The translations under genes and the position numbers were made by a program. A stretch of 64,000 bases of DNA, from contig CAVUSO010000001.1 in assembly GCA_963744145.1 (NCBI GenBank), forward strand, positions 5,024,001 to 5,088,000, read 5' to 3'. How positions within the stretch are numbered: the first letter of the stretch is position 1; each line of letters begins with the position of its first letter. This stretch comes from an uncultured cyanobacterium. Its GTDB lineage: Bacteria; Cyanobacteriota; Cyanobacteriia; Cyanobacteriales; CAWUOF01. The notes beneath the pieces are model-generated. The model was not told the origin of the DNA, searched no databases, and worked only from the letters and a program-made list of their open reading frames with translations. Positions 11,615 to 23,653 of this stretch are shown in pieces.

Positions 11615-12212
11615 ATCTCGACTATGTTGACTCAACGAACCGCACTAAGAGTTTATATGATACCGACTATCATCTCTGGGTGTTAGAAACTTTGAGAAAA
11701 TTAGAAAACAAGGATTTCGAGTCTCTGGATTTAGAAAATTTAATTGAGGAGGTCTCAGATTTGAGTCGAGACAAAAAAAGAAATTAAAAAGTTTGTTGAG
11801 AAATTTGTTTGAGCATATATTAAAGCTAAAGTATTGGCAAGCTGAACAGAATAATAACTTTAGGCATTGGCAAGGAGAAATTACTAATTTTCGTAAACAG
11901 ATCAAAGATGAGCTAGAAGATAGTCCTAGTCTTACTTCTTATCTGCTGGAAGTATGGGATAAGTGTTATCAAGATGGGCGGAAATTGCCGCCGCGAAATC
12001 GGGACTTGCTCTAAAAGTTTTTCCTGAAAAGGCAATCCCCAATTTAGAACAAATATTAGATGAAAATTGGTTGCCTTAATCGGATTTGCACATATATTTC
12101 CATCATAAATGTCGCCAGGGAAGAATAATAATGGGACAGCTTAGAAATTTCGTAACACCCCTACATCAAGCAACTCAGCGAGACTATCTAGCTCACATCG
12201 TGATGATAAAGT
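11615..12212 (+). repeat. ~600 bp direct repeat, copy 1 (DUF29 gene + 5' end of methyltransferase)
   Basis: Aligns by eye nearly base-for-base with 32395-32999. Confidence 0.9.
11624..12079 (+). CDS. DUF29 family protein, frameshifted copy
   Basis: Near-identical to the intact copy at 32404-32865; HILKLKYW, SPSL, ILDENWLP motifs. Confidence 0.8.
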
Positions 12213-12788
12213 CCGTGTATGCAGATGGCTAAACAGTTTGGGGCTGAGTATTGGGATGGCGATCGCCATTATGGTTACGGTGGTTATCGCTATAGTCCAG
12301 GAAGGTGGAACCTGTTGTAAAGGGCTAATTCAAACTTATCGTTTGGGCAGGCCAAAGGTGTTAGATGTTGGTTGTGGTAAAGGTTTTTTGCTCCATGAAA
12401 TGCTATTATTACAGCCAGAATTACAGGTCAAAGGTTTTGATATCTCTGATATGGTATTGACCATGCTACTGATTTGGTCAAACCACACCTGTTTTTACAT
12501 CCAGCTCAAACAGCCTATCCCTTTGGCGATGGCGAATTTGATCTAGTGATTTCTCTGGGATGCTTGCATAATCTGCGTTTATTTGATCTCAAAACAGCAT
12601 TGACGGAAATTGAGCGAGTAGGAGAAAAAGGTTATGTTATGCTAGAAAGCTATCGCCATGAGCAGGAACTTTTTAATCTTCAGTGTTAGGCATTAACCTG
12701 TGAGTCATTTTTTGATGATGAAGAATGGATTTGGCTCTATCAGCATTTCGGGTACACAGGAGATTATGAATTTATTTACTTTGAGTGA
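12131..12788 (+). CDS. Class I SAM-dependent methyltransferase, frameshifted
   Basis: EYWDGDRHYGYGGY, VLDVGCGKG, FDLVIS motifs across frames. Confidence 0.75.
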
Positions 12789-12818
12789 ATGTTTTGGACT
12801 AAGAAATAGAGAATTAAT

Positions 12819-13402
12819 ATGACATTGACATTAACGGAAAAAAAAACCACAGAAACCAAGTTAATTTTAACACAAATTAGCTGGTCTAAAATGGAAGATA
12901 TTGAAAAGAGTTTTACCAATATTGGAGGAGTCAGATTTTTATATTTAGATGGAACTCTAGCAATTATGACTATTAGCCCAGAACATGAAGAAACTAAAAA
13001 GACTATTTCTCTATTATTAGAAGCTTACATGATTCAAAAAGGTATTAAATTTTATGGTCGAGGGGGATTTCATTAGGAAGCCAAGAACAGAAAGCTAAAA
13101 AAGAACCTGATGAATCCTATAATTTTCAAACTAAAAAAGCTATTCCCGATTTAGTAATTGAAGTTATATTTGCTAGTGGAGGTATAGATATTTTAGAGTT
13201 ATATAAAAGAATAGGTATTCCCGAGGTATGGCTGTGGCAAGATGGGGTATTAAGTATATATAACTTAAAAGAAGAGTATGAAAAAGTCCAAAAAAGCCAA
13301 TTTTTGCCAGAGCTTAACATAGATTTATTAGGGCGATATATTAACCATTATGACCAATATGAAGCGATTACTGAGTTTATTGATAAAATTAAAGCCAATT
13401 AA
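12819..13402 (+). CDS. Uma2 (DUF820) family endonuclease-like protein, one frameshift near 13070
   Basis: SPEHE, KEPDESY, PDLVIEV, GIPEVW motifs; paralogue of 31318-31902. Confidence 0.85.
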
Positions 13403-13528
13403 ATTCAACCAGATAATGAGCGATCTAAATTATTTGGAGAAAATTAAATGCTACTAAAGAAATAAAAAGATATATTCTTAAGATCATTAAAGATAAAATA
13501 AGAGAACCTAGATTTGAGCAGGAAAAAA

Positions 13529-14537
13529 ATGTCAATCAATAGTAAAAACAACTTTGTTGCTGATTTATCAGAAGATAATATTCATTACCGTCCTCAAATT
13601 CAGTTAGATTGTAGAATGATCCAAGCGTTGGTAGAAGAAAGGGCATTTGCTGATTTTCCTTTAACGATCGCGAATATTGGGGTACGCTTAGGATTTGATC
13701 GTGGGTGGGATATTTTTGCAGATCAATGTATTCAAGTTGGGTTTGAACCAGATGCGGAAGAATGTGCCCATCTTGAAGCTGAATACAACATGAGAAAGTC
13801 ACAAAATTTACCTAGAGAGCAATATGAAAGTATCGCTTTATGGGAAAATATTGGTACACAAACCCTTTATATTCCACGTCGGATTACCACAGCATCTTGT
13901 TTTCCACCAAATCAGGCATTTTTCCGCAGACTTCCTGATCAATCACCAATGGAAATCGTGAAAACGATTGAAATTAAGACAAGAACTTTAGATGATTATT
14001 CTCAGGAAAAAGAACTAAATTTTGATGTAGTAAAAATTGATGTGCTAGGAGGTGAACTACCGATATTAGAAGGAGGAATTCACTCGCTCCAAAAGTCTAT
14101 AATTGCAGTTGTAGCAGAAGTAGAGTTTGTTGAACTTTATCAAGGACAACCCTTATTTGCAGAAATAGACCAGTTTATGCGGAGCCAAGGTTTTGCTTTA
14201 TTCGATTTGGATATTCGACACTGGAGACGCAAACGACTATCAGCAGCTTTGATGACATCAGGGTAGGACAGACTATTTATGCAGATGCTTTATATTTGAA
14301 AGATCCAGTTGAATATAATAATTTGCCTGATGATATTGATCAGCAACGAGTAAAATTATTAAAACTGGCAGCATTAGCTGAATATTTTTCTTACCAGATT
14401 ATGGGATGGAGATTATAGAACTAGCAACAAGTCTCGCTTTGATCGATCAAAAAGAAGCAACTAGATTAGTTAATTTACTGGATCACAATGAAATAATTGG
14501 TAAGCGCGATCGCAGTTTTTTAAAGCAAAAAAGCTAA
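13529..14537 (+). CDS. FkbM family methyltransferase, frameshifted at the 3' end
   Basis: GFEPD, TLDDY, KIDVLGGEL, EVEFVELYQGQPLF motifs. Confidence 0.8.
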
Positions 14538-14552
14538 GGAATCAAAAACATC

Positions 14553-15341
14553 ATGCAAAAAAAACATACTCTGATTATTGGTGGGACTAGAGGAATGGGG
14601 CGTGCTTTAGTAAAAACTTTAGCTGAATCCGGTCATACTTTATCAGTTATTGGTAGAAGACAGCCTAGTGAAGAAGATAGAACGATTGCTAATGTTTATT
14701 ATTGGGTTGTTGATTTATTAGACCTAGAAAAACTTTCGCAAACTCTAACCGATATCATATCCCAATATGGGAAATTAAATAACTTAGTTTTTTTTCAACA
14801 GTATCGAGGACAAGAAGATGATTGGACAGGAGAAATAGAAACTAGCTTAACCGCGACCAAAAATGTAATTGAAACTTTAGCTGAACAATTTGAAGATAAC
14901 AATGAAAGCTCAATTGTGATCGTTAGTTCTATAGCTGGTCAATTTATCGCTTTAGAACAACCTTTGAGTTATCATGTAGCTAAAGCTGGAATTAATCAGA
15001 TGGTTCGTTTTTATGCTGTTAATTTGGGAAGCAAGGGAATTAGGGTAAATAGTGTTGCTTCTGGCACTATGCTAAAAGAGGAATCAAAAGACTTTTACCT
15101 ACAAAATGAAGAACTGCATAATCTTTATAAGAGTATAATACCCCTGGGTCGGATGGGCACTTCGCAAGAGCTGGCCAATGTGATCACGTTTCTGTGTAGC
15201 CCTCAAGCATCATTTATCACGGGTCAAAATCTAGTCGTGGATGGTGGTATATCTTTACAATGGCACGAGTCCTTAGCACGTAAACTAACACCCTTGACCA
15301 ACCTGAATGTATCACGCAAAACCCAGAGGAGTCCAAAATGA
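14553..15341 (+). CDS. Short-chain dehydrogenase/reductase
   Basis: IIGGTRGMG, YHVAK, IRVNSV, ITGQNLVVDGG motifs. Confidence 0.9.
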   Translation: MQKKHTLIIGGTRGMGRALVKTLAESGHTLSVIGRRQPSEEDRTIANVYYWVVDLLDLEKLSQTLTDIISQYGKLNNLVFFQQYRGQEDDWTGEIETSLTATKNVIETLAEQFEDNNESSIVIVSSIAGQFIALEQPLSYHVAKAGINQMVRFYAVNLGSKGIRVNSVASGTMLKEESKDFYLQNEELHNLYKSIIPLGRMGTSQELANVITFLCSPQASFITGQNLVVDGGISLQWHESLARKLTPLTNLNVSRKTQRSPK

Positions 15342-16577
15342 GTAAAACGGTGTATCGGCGCGATAACTGTCGCTTGTGCGGTAGTGATCATCTAGAGCTG
15401 GTTCTGCAACTTACACCAACACCTGTGGGAGATGCTTATATAGCAAGCGATCGGCTTGAGCAAGTTCAGGAAACCTATCCAGTTGAACTTTTCTTGTGCA
15501 AAAGTTGTGGTCTGGCACAGTTGCTTGATGTAGTCGATCCAGAAGTTCTCTATCGGGATTTTATCTACGAAACCTCAATTTCCCTAGGCTTAGTGGAACA
15601 CTTTCAAAAATACGCAGATCAAGTCCTTTCTCAGGTAAATCCTGCCCCAGAGTCACTGGTGATTGATATTGGTAGTAACGATGGCACTTTACTGAAATTT
15701 TTTAAAAACATTGTCTGCGTGTTCTCGGAGTGACCCAGCTCGTGATATTGCTCAAAAAGCCACAGAATCTGGAATTGAGACCCTAGCAACTTTCTTTAAT
15801 GCCGAGATCGCCAACAAGATTAAGCATGATTACGGTGCCGCAACCATCATCACATCAAACAATACTTTTGCCAATATCGATGATTTGGCCAATATGACCG
15901 CAGGAATTCGCGATTTACTAGCCCCTGATGGAGTCTTCGTCTTTGAAACTGGCTACCTGGTTAATTTAGTTGAACATGGTATTTTTGACAATATTTATCA
16001 TGAGCATTTAAGTTACTTTTGAGTAAAACCACTAGAAGCTTTCTTTCACCGTCATCGCATGGAATTAATAGATATTGAACATATCGCAACTAAGGGTGGT
16101 TCTTTACGGGGTATCGTCCAGCTAGCTAATGGTAACGGCAAAGATCACAGTCTGTTAATCAGATGTTGACATTAGAAATAAATCAGGGAGCAGATCGTCC
16201 TGAATTTTTCCAGGAATTTGCTGCTAAAATCAGTGATGTAAAAAAACAACTCCTCAGTTTGTTTAAGCAATCTCAAGGCACAAGGAAAGACTATCGCTGG
16301 TTATGGTGCTTCAGTTGGTGTCACGACACTGACCTATCACTTTGGGATTGGCGATCGATTGAGTTTTATTGTTGATGATAACCCAGCCAAGCATAACCTG
16401 TTTAGTCCGGGCTATCATACTCCAGTATTATCCTCTAGTGTCATTTATGAGCGTCAGCCAGACTATATAGTAATCCTTGCTTGGAGATCCGCCAAGCCAA
16501 TTATGAAGAAGCATCAAGCGTATTTGCAACAGGGTGGAAAGTTTATCCTGCTTTGGCCCGAAATTCAAATTAAGTAG
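15338..16577 (+). CDS. NDP-sugar C-methyltransferase (Zn-binding class I methyltransferase), frameshifted
   Basis: CRLCGS and CKSCGLAQL Zn ligands, DIGSNDGTLL, IYHEHLSYF, VDDNPAK motifs. Confidence 0.85.
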
Positions 16578-16600
16578 CAAGCTGAGTCTGGCAATAATTT

Positions 16601-17019
16601 ATGTTGAAAAGACTTTCCCATGTCTGTCTTGGTACAAGTGATTTAAAAAAAACTATAGACTTTTACTGTGGTCTACTTAATTGTCAGATTGTCCACGAGT
16701 TCAGAAATCAGCAAGGAGAATTATATGGCATATTTATTCTGATTAATAATGGGACATATTTAGAATTTTTTCAGGAACAATCTCCCCAGCCACAGGGTGG
16801 GATGTTAGACATCTATGCTTAGAAGTAGAAGACATCTACAAATTCGCAAATGGGATTAGAGAAAAAGGATTTAATGTAGAAATATCTAGAGGTAGAACTG
16901 ACAAAGTTTTGCAATTTTGGATTCACGATCCTGATGGAAATCAGGTAGAATTTCACCAATATGATCAAGATTCTGTCCAGTATCAATATGCTGAAAAATT
17001 GCGATCGAGGTCAAATTAA
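16601..17019 (+). CDS. VOC/glyoxalase family protein, one frameshift
   Basis: LSHVCL...FY, LEFF and DPDGNQVEF motifs. Confidence 0.8.
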
Positions 17020-17076
17020 ATTATTGTAGTTTTTCAGAATTGATCGGTAGCCAAATCTTTACGACAGGAAAAAATT

Positions 17077-18187
17077 ATGACAACGGTGCTTGTAATTGGT
17101 GGTGGATTTGCTGGGTGCTGTGCAGCTCATCTTTTATCAGAACAGGGGTATAAAGTAACTTTAGTAGAGAGAGCATCATTTTTAGGTGGTGGTTGTAAAA
17201 CCTTTTTTTATGGAGGTCATCCTTATACTATTGGACCGAGGCATTTTTTAACAAAGGATGAAAACCTGTTTAATTTCTTAAATCAGTATGTACCGATGAG
17301 GCGCATCCTAGATCACAATTTCTGACATATATTGAACGAGATCCCGGATTCTATCATTTTCCCATTCATCGCGATGATATTGACTTAATGCCTGATCGAG
17401 AAGGAATTTTAGATGAGTTAAGTCAATTGGATGAGCAAAAAGTCAGTTCAGCCCGTAATTTAGAAGAATTTTGGCTCTTGTCAGTCGGATCAACTCTCTA
17501 CAGTAAATTTGTAGAATCCTACTCTAAAAAAATGTGGAAGGTTGAATCAAACACAATATTTACAGAATTTTCTTTTACAACTAAAGGGGTGGCTTTAAAA
17601 ACTGGTGATACTAAAGCAGCTTGGACAGAAGCAATTTCAGCTTTTCCGTTGAAAATCAATGGTTATGATGATTACTTTGAAATTGGGACTCAAAATGTTG
17701 AAGTTCTTTTAGACACAACAATAGAAGCTTTTGATATAGAAAAATATAGGTTAAGATTCAAGGAGAATGGTCAAAATATGATATGATCGTCAGCACAGTT
17801 TCGCCAGAAATCATTATGAATAATGCTTTTGGCCCCTTACGCTGGATTGGTCGTGATTTTTTCAAGATTGTTCTACCAGTACCTGAAGTTTTTCCCCAAA
17901 GTGTTTACTTTCTTTATTATGCTAATGACGAACCTTTCACCCGAATTGTAGAATATAAAAAATTCTATGAATATGAATCTCCAACGACATTGCTAGGTTT
18001 AGAAATACCTTCATTTAGCAATAAGCTTTATCCCTATCCTACAACTGAAGATCGACAATTAGCTCAACAATATTTAGATGCTCTGCCTGAAAAAGTATTT
18101 TCTATTGGTAGAGCAGGAACTTACCGCTACATTGACATTGCTCCGATTATTCAGCAGTGTATGGATTTAGTAAGTAAGCTTAAATAG
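17077..18187 (+). CDS. UDP-galactopyranose mutase-like flavoprotein, frameshifted
   Basis: IGGGFAG FAD motif, GPRHF, PFTRIVEYK, YPYP, IGRAGTYRY. Confidence 0.75.
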
Positions 18188-18257
18188 GACAAAAGTCATT
18201 AGTTGTTTGTTTACACCAAGAAAATATGCCTAGTTTAACAGTTGCCAATCCGATCGC

Positions 18258-19343
18258 ATGGAACAAGACGCAATAGCAGAATTGCCGAATCGGGTCATTG
18301 AGGCATTTCAGCCTGTTACCTTTCTCCAACTAGGTTACCCAATCCGAATTCGTCGTGAATCGGAACTGTTTAAGTATATAGATGTCATGCAGGAAACCCG
18401 ATTTGAGCATGATTACTTAAATTTTTTGGGGGGAGTAACACTAACAGAGTTTGAGTTATTGCAAAAATTAACCTCATTGGTATGTAATTTTAGTGAGGTG
18501 CGGTTTCAACGTAAAGGGATTGCCAGGTCAAGTTTGATTCGGATGATTAATGTTTTACGTCATATTCGATACTTATCTGGTGCGGAACAGCCAAGGATTT
18601 TTGAAATTGGCCCAGGCTGTGGTTATCTGGGAGCGATGCTAATGTTATTGGGCTATCCCTATGCGGCCACAGATGTAACCCAAGCATTTTATTTGTATCA
18701 GAATCATCTGTGGGATTTTATTACTGATGGAAAAGTTTTTGAAGGAGCCCAACAAGAAATTAATTCAGTTTTAAGAGCAATCCCACCAGGTAGTGTGACC
18801 CATATTCCTTGGTGGGAATTTGTAAAACTACGTCCAGAGTCAGTACCAAAGTTTGATGTGATCACCTGCAACCATGCTTTATGTGAGATGCACCCAGATA
18901 GTCTAAGATTTATCTTGAAAATTGTTCATGCTTGTTTAAATAGCCAAGACACAGTAAAGGCTTTTATCTTTGAGGGCTGGGGTTGGAAAAGTCCTCTTCC
19001 TAATAAAGTAGGCTCGGTCGCAGAAGCAGCAGATATTTTTTATCGGTTTGGATTTTCGTTGGTTTATAACGATTCTAAAATAACTGTGTTTGTACCTTCG
19101 GGAACGCCAAATGCTGTTAATTGCTGCCCTTGGGAAGAGTTAAGTACATCTTATGTTCCTCACTATTTTAGTGCATCAGAAAATCCTTTAGCTCAAGCAA
19201 TAGGTTTAGGGAGGCAAAACAATCAAACTAAAGAAAGAGTCGGAATAGATGCGGTTAATAGCTTCTATTCAAATTTATTAGGTAGAGAAGATCACTTAAC
19301 ACCTGATGAACATTTTTTGAAATTAATAGGGAGAAAATACTAA
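18258..19343 (+). CDS. Hypothetical protein with SAM-binding-like motif (putative sugar methyltransferase); true start possibly 18226
   Basis: IFEIGPGCGY glycine loop and NHALCEM motif; operon context. Confidence 0.5.
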   Translation: MEQDAIAELPNRVIEAFQPVTFLQLGYPIRIRRESELFKYIDVMQETRFEHDYLNFLGGVTLTEFELLQKLTSLVCNFSEVRFQRKGIARSSLIRMINVLRHIRYLSGAEQPRIFEIGPGCGYLGAMLMLLGYPYAATDVTQAFYLYQNHLWDFITDGKVFEGAQQEINSVLRAIPPGSVTHIPWWEFVKLRPESVPKFDVITCNHALCEMHPDSLRFILKIVHACLNSQDTVKAFIFEGWGWKSPLPNKVGSVAEAADIFYRFGFSLVYNDSKITVFVPSGTPNAVNCCPWEELSTSYVPHYFSASENPLAQAIGLGRQNNQTKERVGIDAVNSFYSNLLGREDHLTPDEHFLKLIGRKY

Positions 19344-19344
19344 A

Positions 19345-20436
19345 ATGTTAGAAATAAAGTCCGATCGCTTAAACACATTGCCGCGACCATTTCGGGATGT
19401 GGAATTGTACCAAGCAAATCTTGAAACTGGATTCGCAATGTTCCCCCAGCGACAAGAGAATTACCACCGTTATAAAGCTGCTCAACGAGGTGAAATAGTT
19501 GATTATTTGCCGATCATGTTGGATATTGAAAATGTCAGCCGCTGTAATTATCACTGTACCATGTGTCAGGTAAGTGATTGGGAAGGCTATAAAAGAGCTG
19601 ATGATATGTCTTTTGAAGACTATAAAGCATTGCTTGATCGCCAGTATGGATTGACAGAAATTAAACTCCAGGGGATGGGAGAGCCATTTCTTGGCAAGTG
19701 CTATTTTGAAATGATTGAGTATGCCAGAGCCAAATATATTTGGGTGAGATCGACAACCAATGCCTCGATCTTGCATACTAATGAAAATTATAAACGTATC
19801 ATCGATTCAGATATTTGTGAATTGCAAGTTTCAATTGATGGAACTAGCGGCGAAACCTACGAAAAAATTCGTCGAGGTGGTCGATTTGAAAGAGTAGTAA
19901 AAAATTGCCAATTGCTAAATGAATATGGTCGCGAAGTGAACCGCAAGCGCACGAGAATGTGGACAGTAATTCAGGCCGCTAATTTTCACGAAATTGAACA
20001 GTTTCCTGCTTGTGCTGCTGAACTTGGGTTTGAACGTTTAACTCTGTCTCTTGATTTGAACGATTGGGGGCAAGATAAATGGCGAGCTGTTAACGATCAG
20101 GTTGATATGCACAAAAAATTTGATCTCGCGATCGCCCCGCAGTTAATCGCTTTAGGAAAAGAACTGAATGTAGAAGTAACTTTTTGGTTTCTTGATGAAA
20201 AATATGAAACAAATGATTTAACCAAACTGTGTCCTTGGCCTTTTGAAAGAGCCTATATTTCTTCTGATTTGCGAATTGTTCCCTGCTGTATGGTGGCTAC
20301 GCCAGATGTATATGAACTGGGTGATGCCCGTCATTTATTATCAGAGTGGAATGGTGAGCAAATGAAAGAATTTAGAAAGGCTCATTTGAGCGGCAATATT
20401 CCCAATATTTGCAAATCTTGCTATAAAAATAATTAG
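19345..20436 (+). CDS. Radical SAM/SPASM domain protein
   Basis: CNYHCTMC, QGMGEP, C-terminal CPWP...VPCC...CKSC. Confidence 0.9.
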   Translation: MLEIKSDRLNTLPRPFRDVELYQANLETGFAMFPQRQENYHRYKAAQRGEIVDYLPIMLDIENVSRCNYHCTMCQVSDWEGYKRADDMSFEDYKALLDRQYGLTEIKLQGMGEPFLGKCYFEMIEYARAKYIWVRSTTNASILHTNENYKRIIDSDICELQVSIDGTSGETYEKIRRGGRFERVVKNCQLLNEYGREVNRKRTRMWTVIQAANFHEIEQFPACAAELGFERLTLSLDLNDWGQDKWRAVNDQVDMHKKFDLAIAPQLIALGKELNVEVTFWFLDEKYETNDLTKLCPWPFERAYISSDLRIVPCCMVATPDVYELGDARHLLSEWNGEQMKEFRKAHLSGNIPNICKSCYKNN

Positions 20437-20448
20437 AAAAGGATATAC

Positions 20449-21376
20449 ATGGAAAAGCCTTTTGATTCCTCGGCCATAGGTTCCGATGTTCCCCGGAATT
20501 TTAAACAATATTTAGCTCGGCAAGTTGGCTCTTTTATTATTGGTATGTTCGGTCTTAATCAGCCGAGCTTTTTAGCTACAGAAATCGTGCAACAAATCCA
20601 ACCTATATGTCATATTCCCACTAGTTTTGGAGGCATGAAATGTAAAGGTGGGCATGGCAGACTGCGATGGTCGAGCATTAACTTTTTATTCTGAAGAACC
20701 GGAAACAATTAAATGGTTGGAATCTATCAACCAAAATGATTTACTTTGGGATATAGGGGCTAACGTAGGTCTATATGCAATTTACACCGCCATGTTTACT
20801 AAGTGCAAAGTATTGGCAATAGAACCAGAAGCTCAGAATTATGCACTATTAATTGAAAATATTGTGCTGAATCATGTCCAGGAATATGTAGAAGCAACTA
20901 ATTTAGCAGTTACCAAAGATTTTGGGGTGGGAAAATTACGAGTGCATTCTATTACCAAAAGTGGAGCGTATAATCAGTTTTTTTTAAATAAAGAGTCTTC
21001 AGTGGAAGACCGTCGGATGAGTAGTTTATCTGCATCAGTCCAATCTACAGCGGTTTCCCAGGTTCAGATTGGTGTGTCATTGGACGATCTGGTCACTAAA
21101 TTTGAGTTTGCCAGTCCTACACATATTAAAATTGATGTAGATGGAAATGAACCAGATATTATAGCTGGAGCATCTCAAGTTTTGCAGAATAAATCCTGCA
21201 AAAGTATTCTAATTGAACTCAAAAGAGATGACCCTGAACATATGGCAATCGTAGAAAAATTGGCGAATCTAGGCTATGATTGTGTTTCAGAACGTTCAAA
21301 TTGGGAAAGTAGAACAAACCGAGACAGGGAAGATGAATATCCTAGTGTCAACATGATATTTACTAGAAAACTTTGA
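20449..21376 (+). CDS. FkbM family methyltransferase, one frameshift near 20670
   Basis: EEPET, WDIGANVG, IEPE, IKIDVDGNE motifs. Confidence 0.85.
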
Positions 21377-21399
21377 AGCCAGATGTGCACTTAAAATAT

Positions 21400-22395
21400 A
21401 TGAATATTCCTAAGAATTGTTTGGTGACAGGTGCTGCTGGTTTTATTGGCAGCCACTTGTGCGATCGTCTCCTTGCTCTTGATCACAAAGTAATCGGGTT
21501 AGACAGCCTGATCACGGGTCGTTTGGCGAATTTAGCTACAGCTAACACCTATCAAACCTTTACCTTGATTCAGGAAGACCTAGCCGCGATCACTCCATCT
21601 AGATTAGAAAATGTAGATTGGGTCTTTCATCTAGCCGGATTAGCTGATCTAGTCCCATCCATCCAAAACCCGGAGAAATATTATCACGCCAACGTCCACA
21701 GCACTTTTGCTCTCCTAGAAGCCTGTCGCCAAAGCAAAATTCAACGTTTTATATATACCGCTTCCTCTACCTGTTATGGTATTCCCAATCAGTACCCCAC
21801 CCCGGAAACCTATCCCTGTTCTCCAGAACATCCCTATGCTCTCACTAAATATCTGGGAGAGCAATTAGTCATACATTGGGCTAAAGTTTACAAACTTCCT
21901 GCCCTTTCCCTGCGCTTGTTTAACGTTTATGACCACGTTCCCGCACTACGGGGGCTTACGGTGCAGTTTTTGGTGTTTTCTTAGCCCAAAAGCTAGCGGG
22001 AAAACCATTTACCGTGGTTGGAGATGGTAGTCAAACTAGGGACTTCACTTTTGTTAGCGATGTGGTAGAAGGCTTTGTGAAAGCAGCAGAATCAAACTTA
22101 AGAGGTGAAATCATCAATATTTGTTCTACTCAACCTCAAAGTATCCTCACTTTGGTAAAATTATTGGATGGGCCGATAATCAATATTGCCAAGCGCCCTG
22201 GCGAGCCTGACTGTACCTGGGGGGGATATCACTAAGGCGAAAACTTTGCTAAAATGGCAACCACAAGTTTCTTTCCCGGAGGGCGTATCCCAAATGTTAG
22301 CAAATATTGATCTGTGGAGAGAAGCTCCAGTATGGACACCTGACTCGATTCGAGCAGCAACAAAAGAATGGTTTGATTGTTTGGAGAAAGTCTAA
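21400..22395 (+). CDS. NAD-dependent epimerase/dehydratase, frameshifted
   Basis: VTGAAGFIG, YALTK, LRLFNVY, GDGSQTRDF, KRPGEP motifs. Confidence 0.85.
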
Positions 22396-22400
22396 TATCT

Positions 22401-22859
22401 ATGGTTAAACAGATTGATCCTATGGTTAAACCCCAAGTTGCTAAAATGGTTATTTATCAGGGAGATCGTCTGTTATTGCAACTGCGAGATCATAAACCTG
22501 ATATTTTTTATCCCAATCACTGGGGATTATTTGGCGGAACAGTAGATTATGGGGAAACTCCAGCTGAGGCGATGAAGCGAGAACTAGAGGAGGAATTAGG
22601 TTGGACACCATCGGAGTTTAAGTTTTTGCTGACTTGGGAAGAATTAGTACCTCCTTGCATCACCTATATTTATGCTGCTCCTCTAACAGTAGCCACAGAT
22701 CAGTTAATCTTGACTGAAGGTCAAGCGTTAGGATTGTTTACTTTGGCAGAATTGCTTCAGTTGTCCACCGTTCCTCATCTTAAAGAAAATTTGCCCCAAG
22801 TAATTGAGGTCATAGCTTCTGAGAAACTACAGGAAAGTTGGCACTATCTCAATCATTAG
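22401..22859 (+). CDS. NUDIX hydrolase
   Basis: Nudix box GGTVDYGETPAEAMKRELEEELG. Confidence 0.9.
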   Translation: MVKQIDPMVKPQVAKMVIYQGDRLLLQLRDHKPDIFYPNHWGLFGGTVDYGETPAEAMKRELEEELGWTPSEFKFLLTWEELVPPCITYIYAAPLTVATDQLILTEGQALGLFTLAELLQLSTVPHLKENLPQVIEVIASEKLQESWHYLNH

Positions 22860-22892
22860 TATATTTCTGTTCTAGGTTAGAATTAGATAACT

Positions 22893-23545
22893 ATGCAACA
22901 ATTAAACTCACAAATTGATTTTGCTACTGATTACTTCAGTCAATTAGCTAATCTCAGTGAAAATTTTCAGGTCAGCGATCGTCAATCTAAGTCTCTTTCT
23001 TTTGCGGAAGGAATTAACCGTGCGGCTACTCTCGTATATCAACAAACTCAACAACAGAAAAAAGTAATTTTTATTGGTAATGGTGGTAGTGCTGCTGTCG
23101 CCAGTCACCAAGCAATTGATTACTGGCGAAATGGGGGGTTTCCGGCGATTGCCTTTAATGATGGGGCACTGCTTACTTGTATTAGTAATGACTTTGGCTA
23201 TGAACAAGTATTTAGCAAGCCAATAGCAACTTTTGCCCAATCCGGAGATATCTTGTTCGCGATTAGTAGTTCTGGACAATCAGCCAATATTTTGGCAGGT
23301 GCTAGTCAAGCCACTGAAGAAGGCTGTCATGTTATTACACTTTCAGCGTTCAAGCCAGATAATCCTCTACGTCAACTAGGGGGAATGTCAATTTTTATGT
23401 TCCGACTATGGCTTATGGTTTTGCGGAAATTACCCATTTATGTATTTGTCATTGTATTTTAGATGGGTTGATGAAAGGTAACTTACCTGAATCAGATATG
23501 GGTAATTACCAAGTTACTGAGATGATGGAGCATGAGCATCATTGA
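22893..23545 (+). CDS. SIS-domain phosphosugar isomerase (GmhA-like), frameshift in a G run near 23380
   Basis: GNGGSAA, TCISNDFGY, ISSSGQS motifs. Confidence 0.8.
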
Positions 23546-23653
23546 AATCTAAATAAACCATTGTAATAAAAAGTTTTTTATAATCATAAGTTTCAAGTTT
23601 TGGCTCTGTTTGTAAAAATTACGTCGTTTAGTTTTTTAAAATAGGTTTAATAT

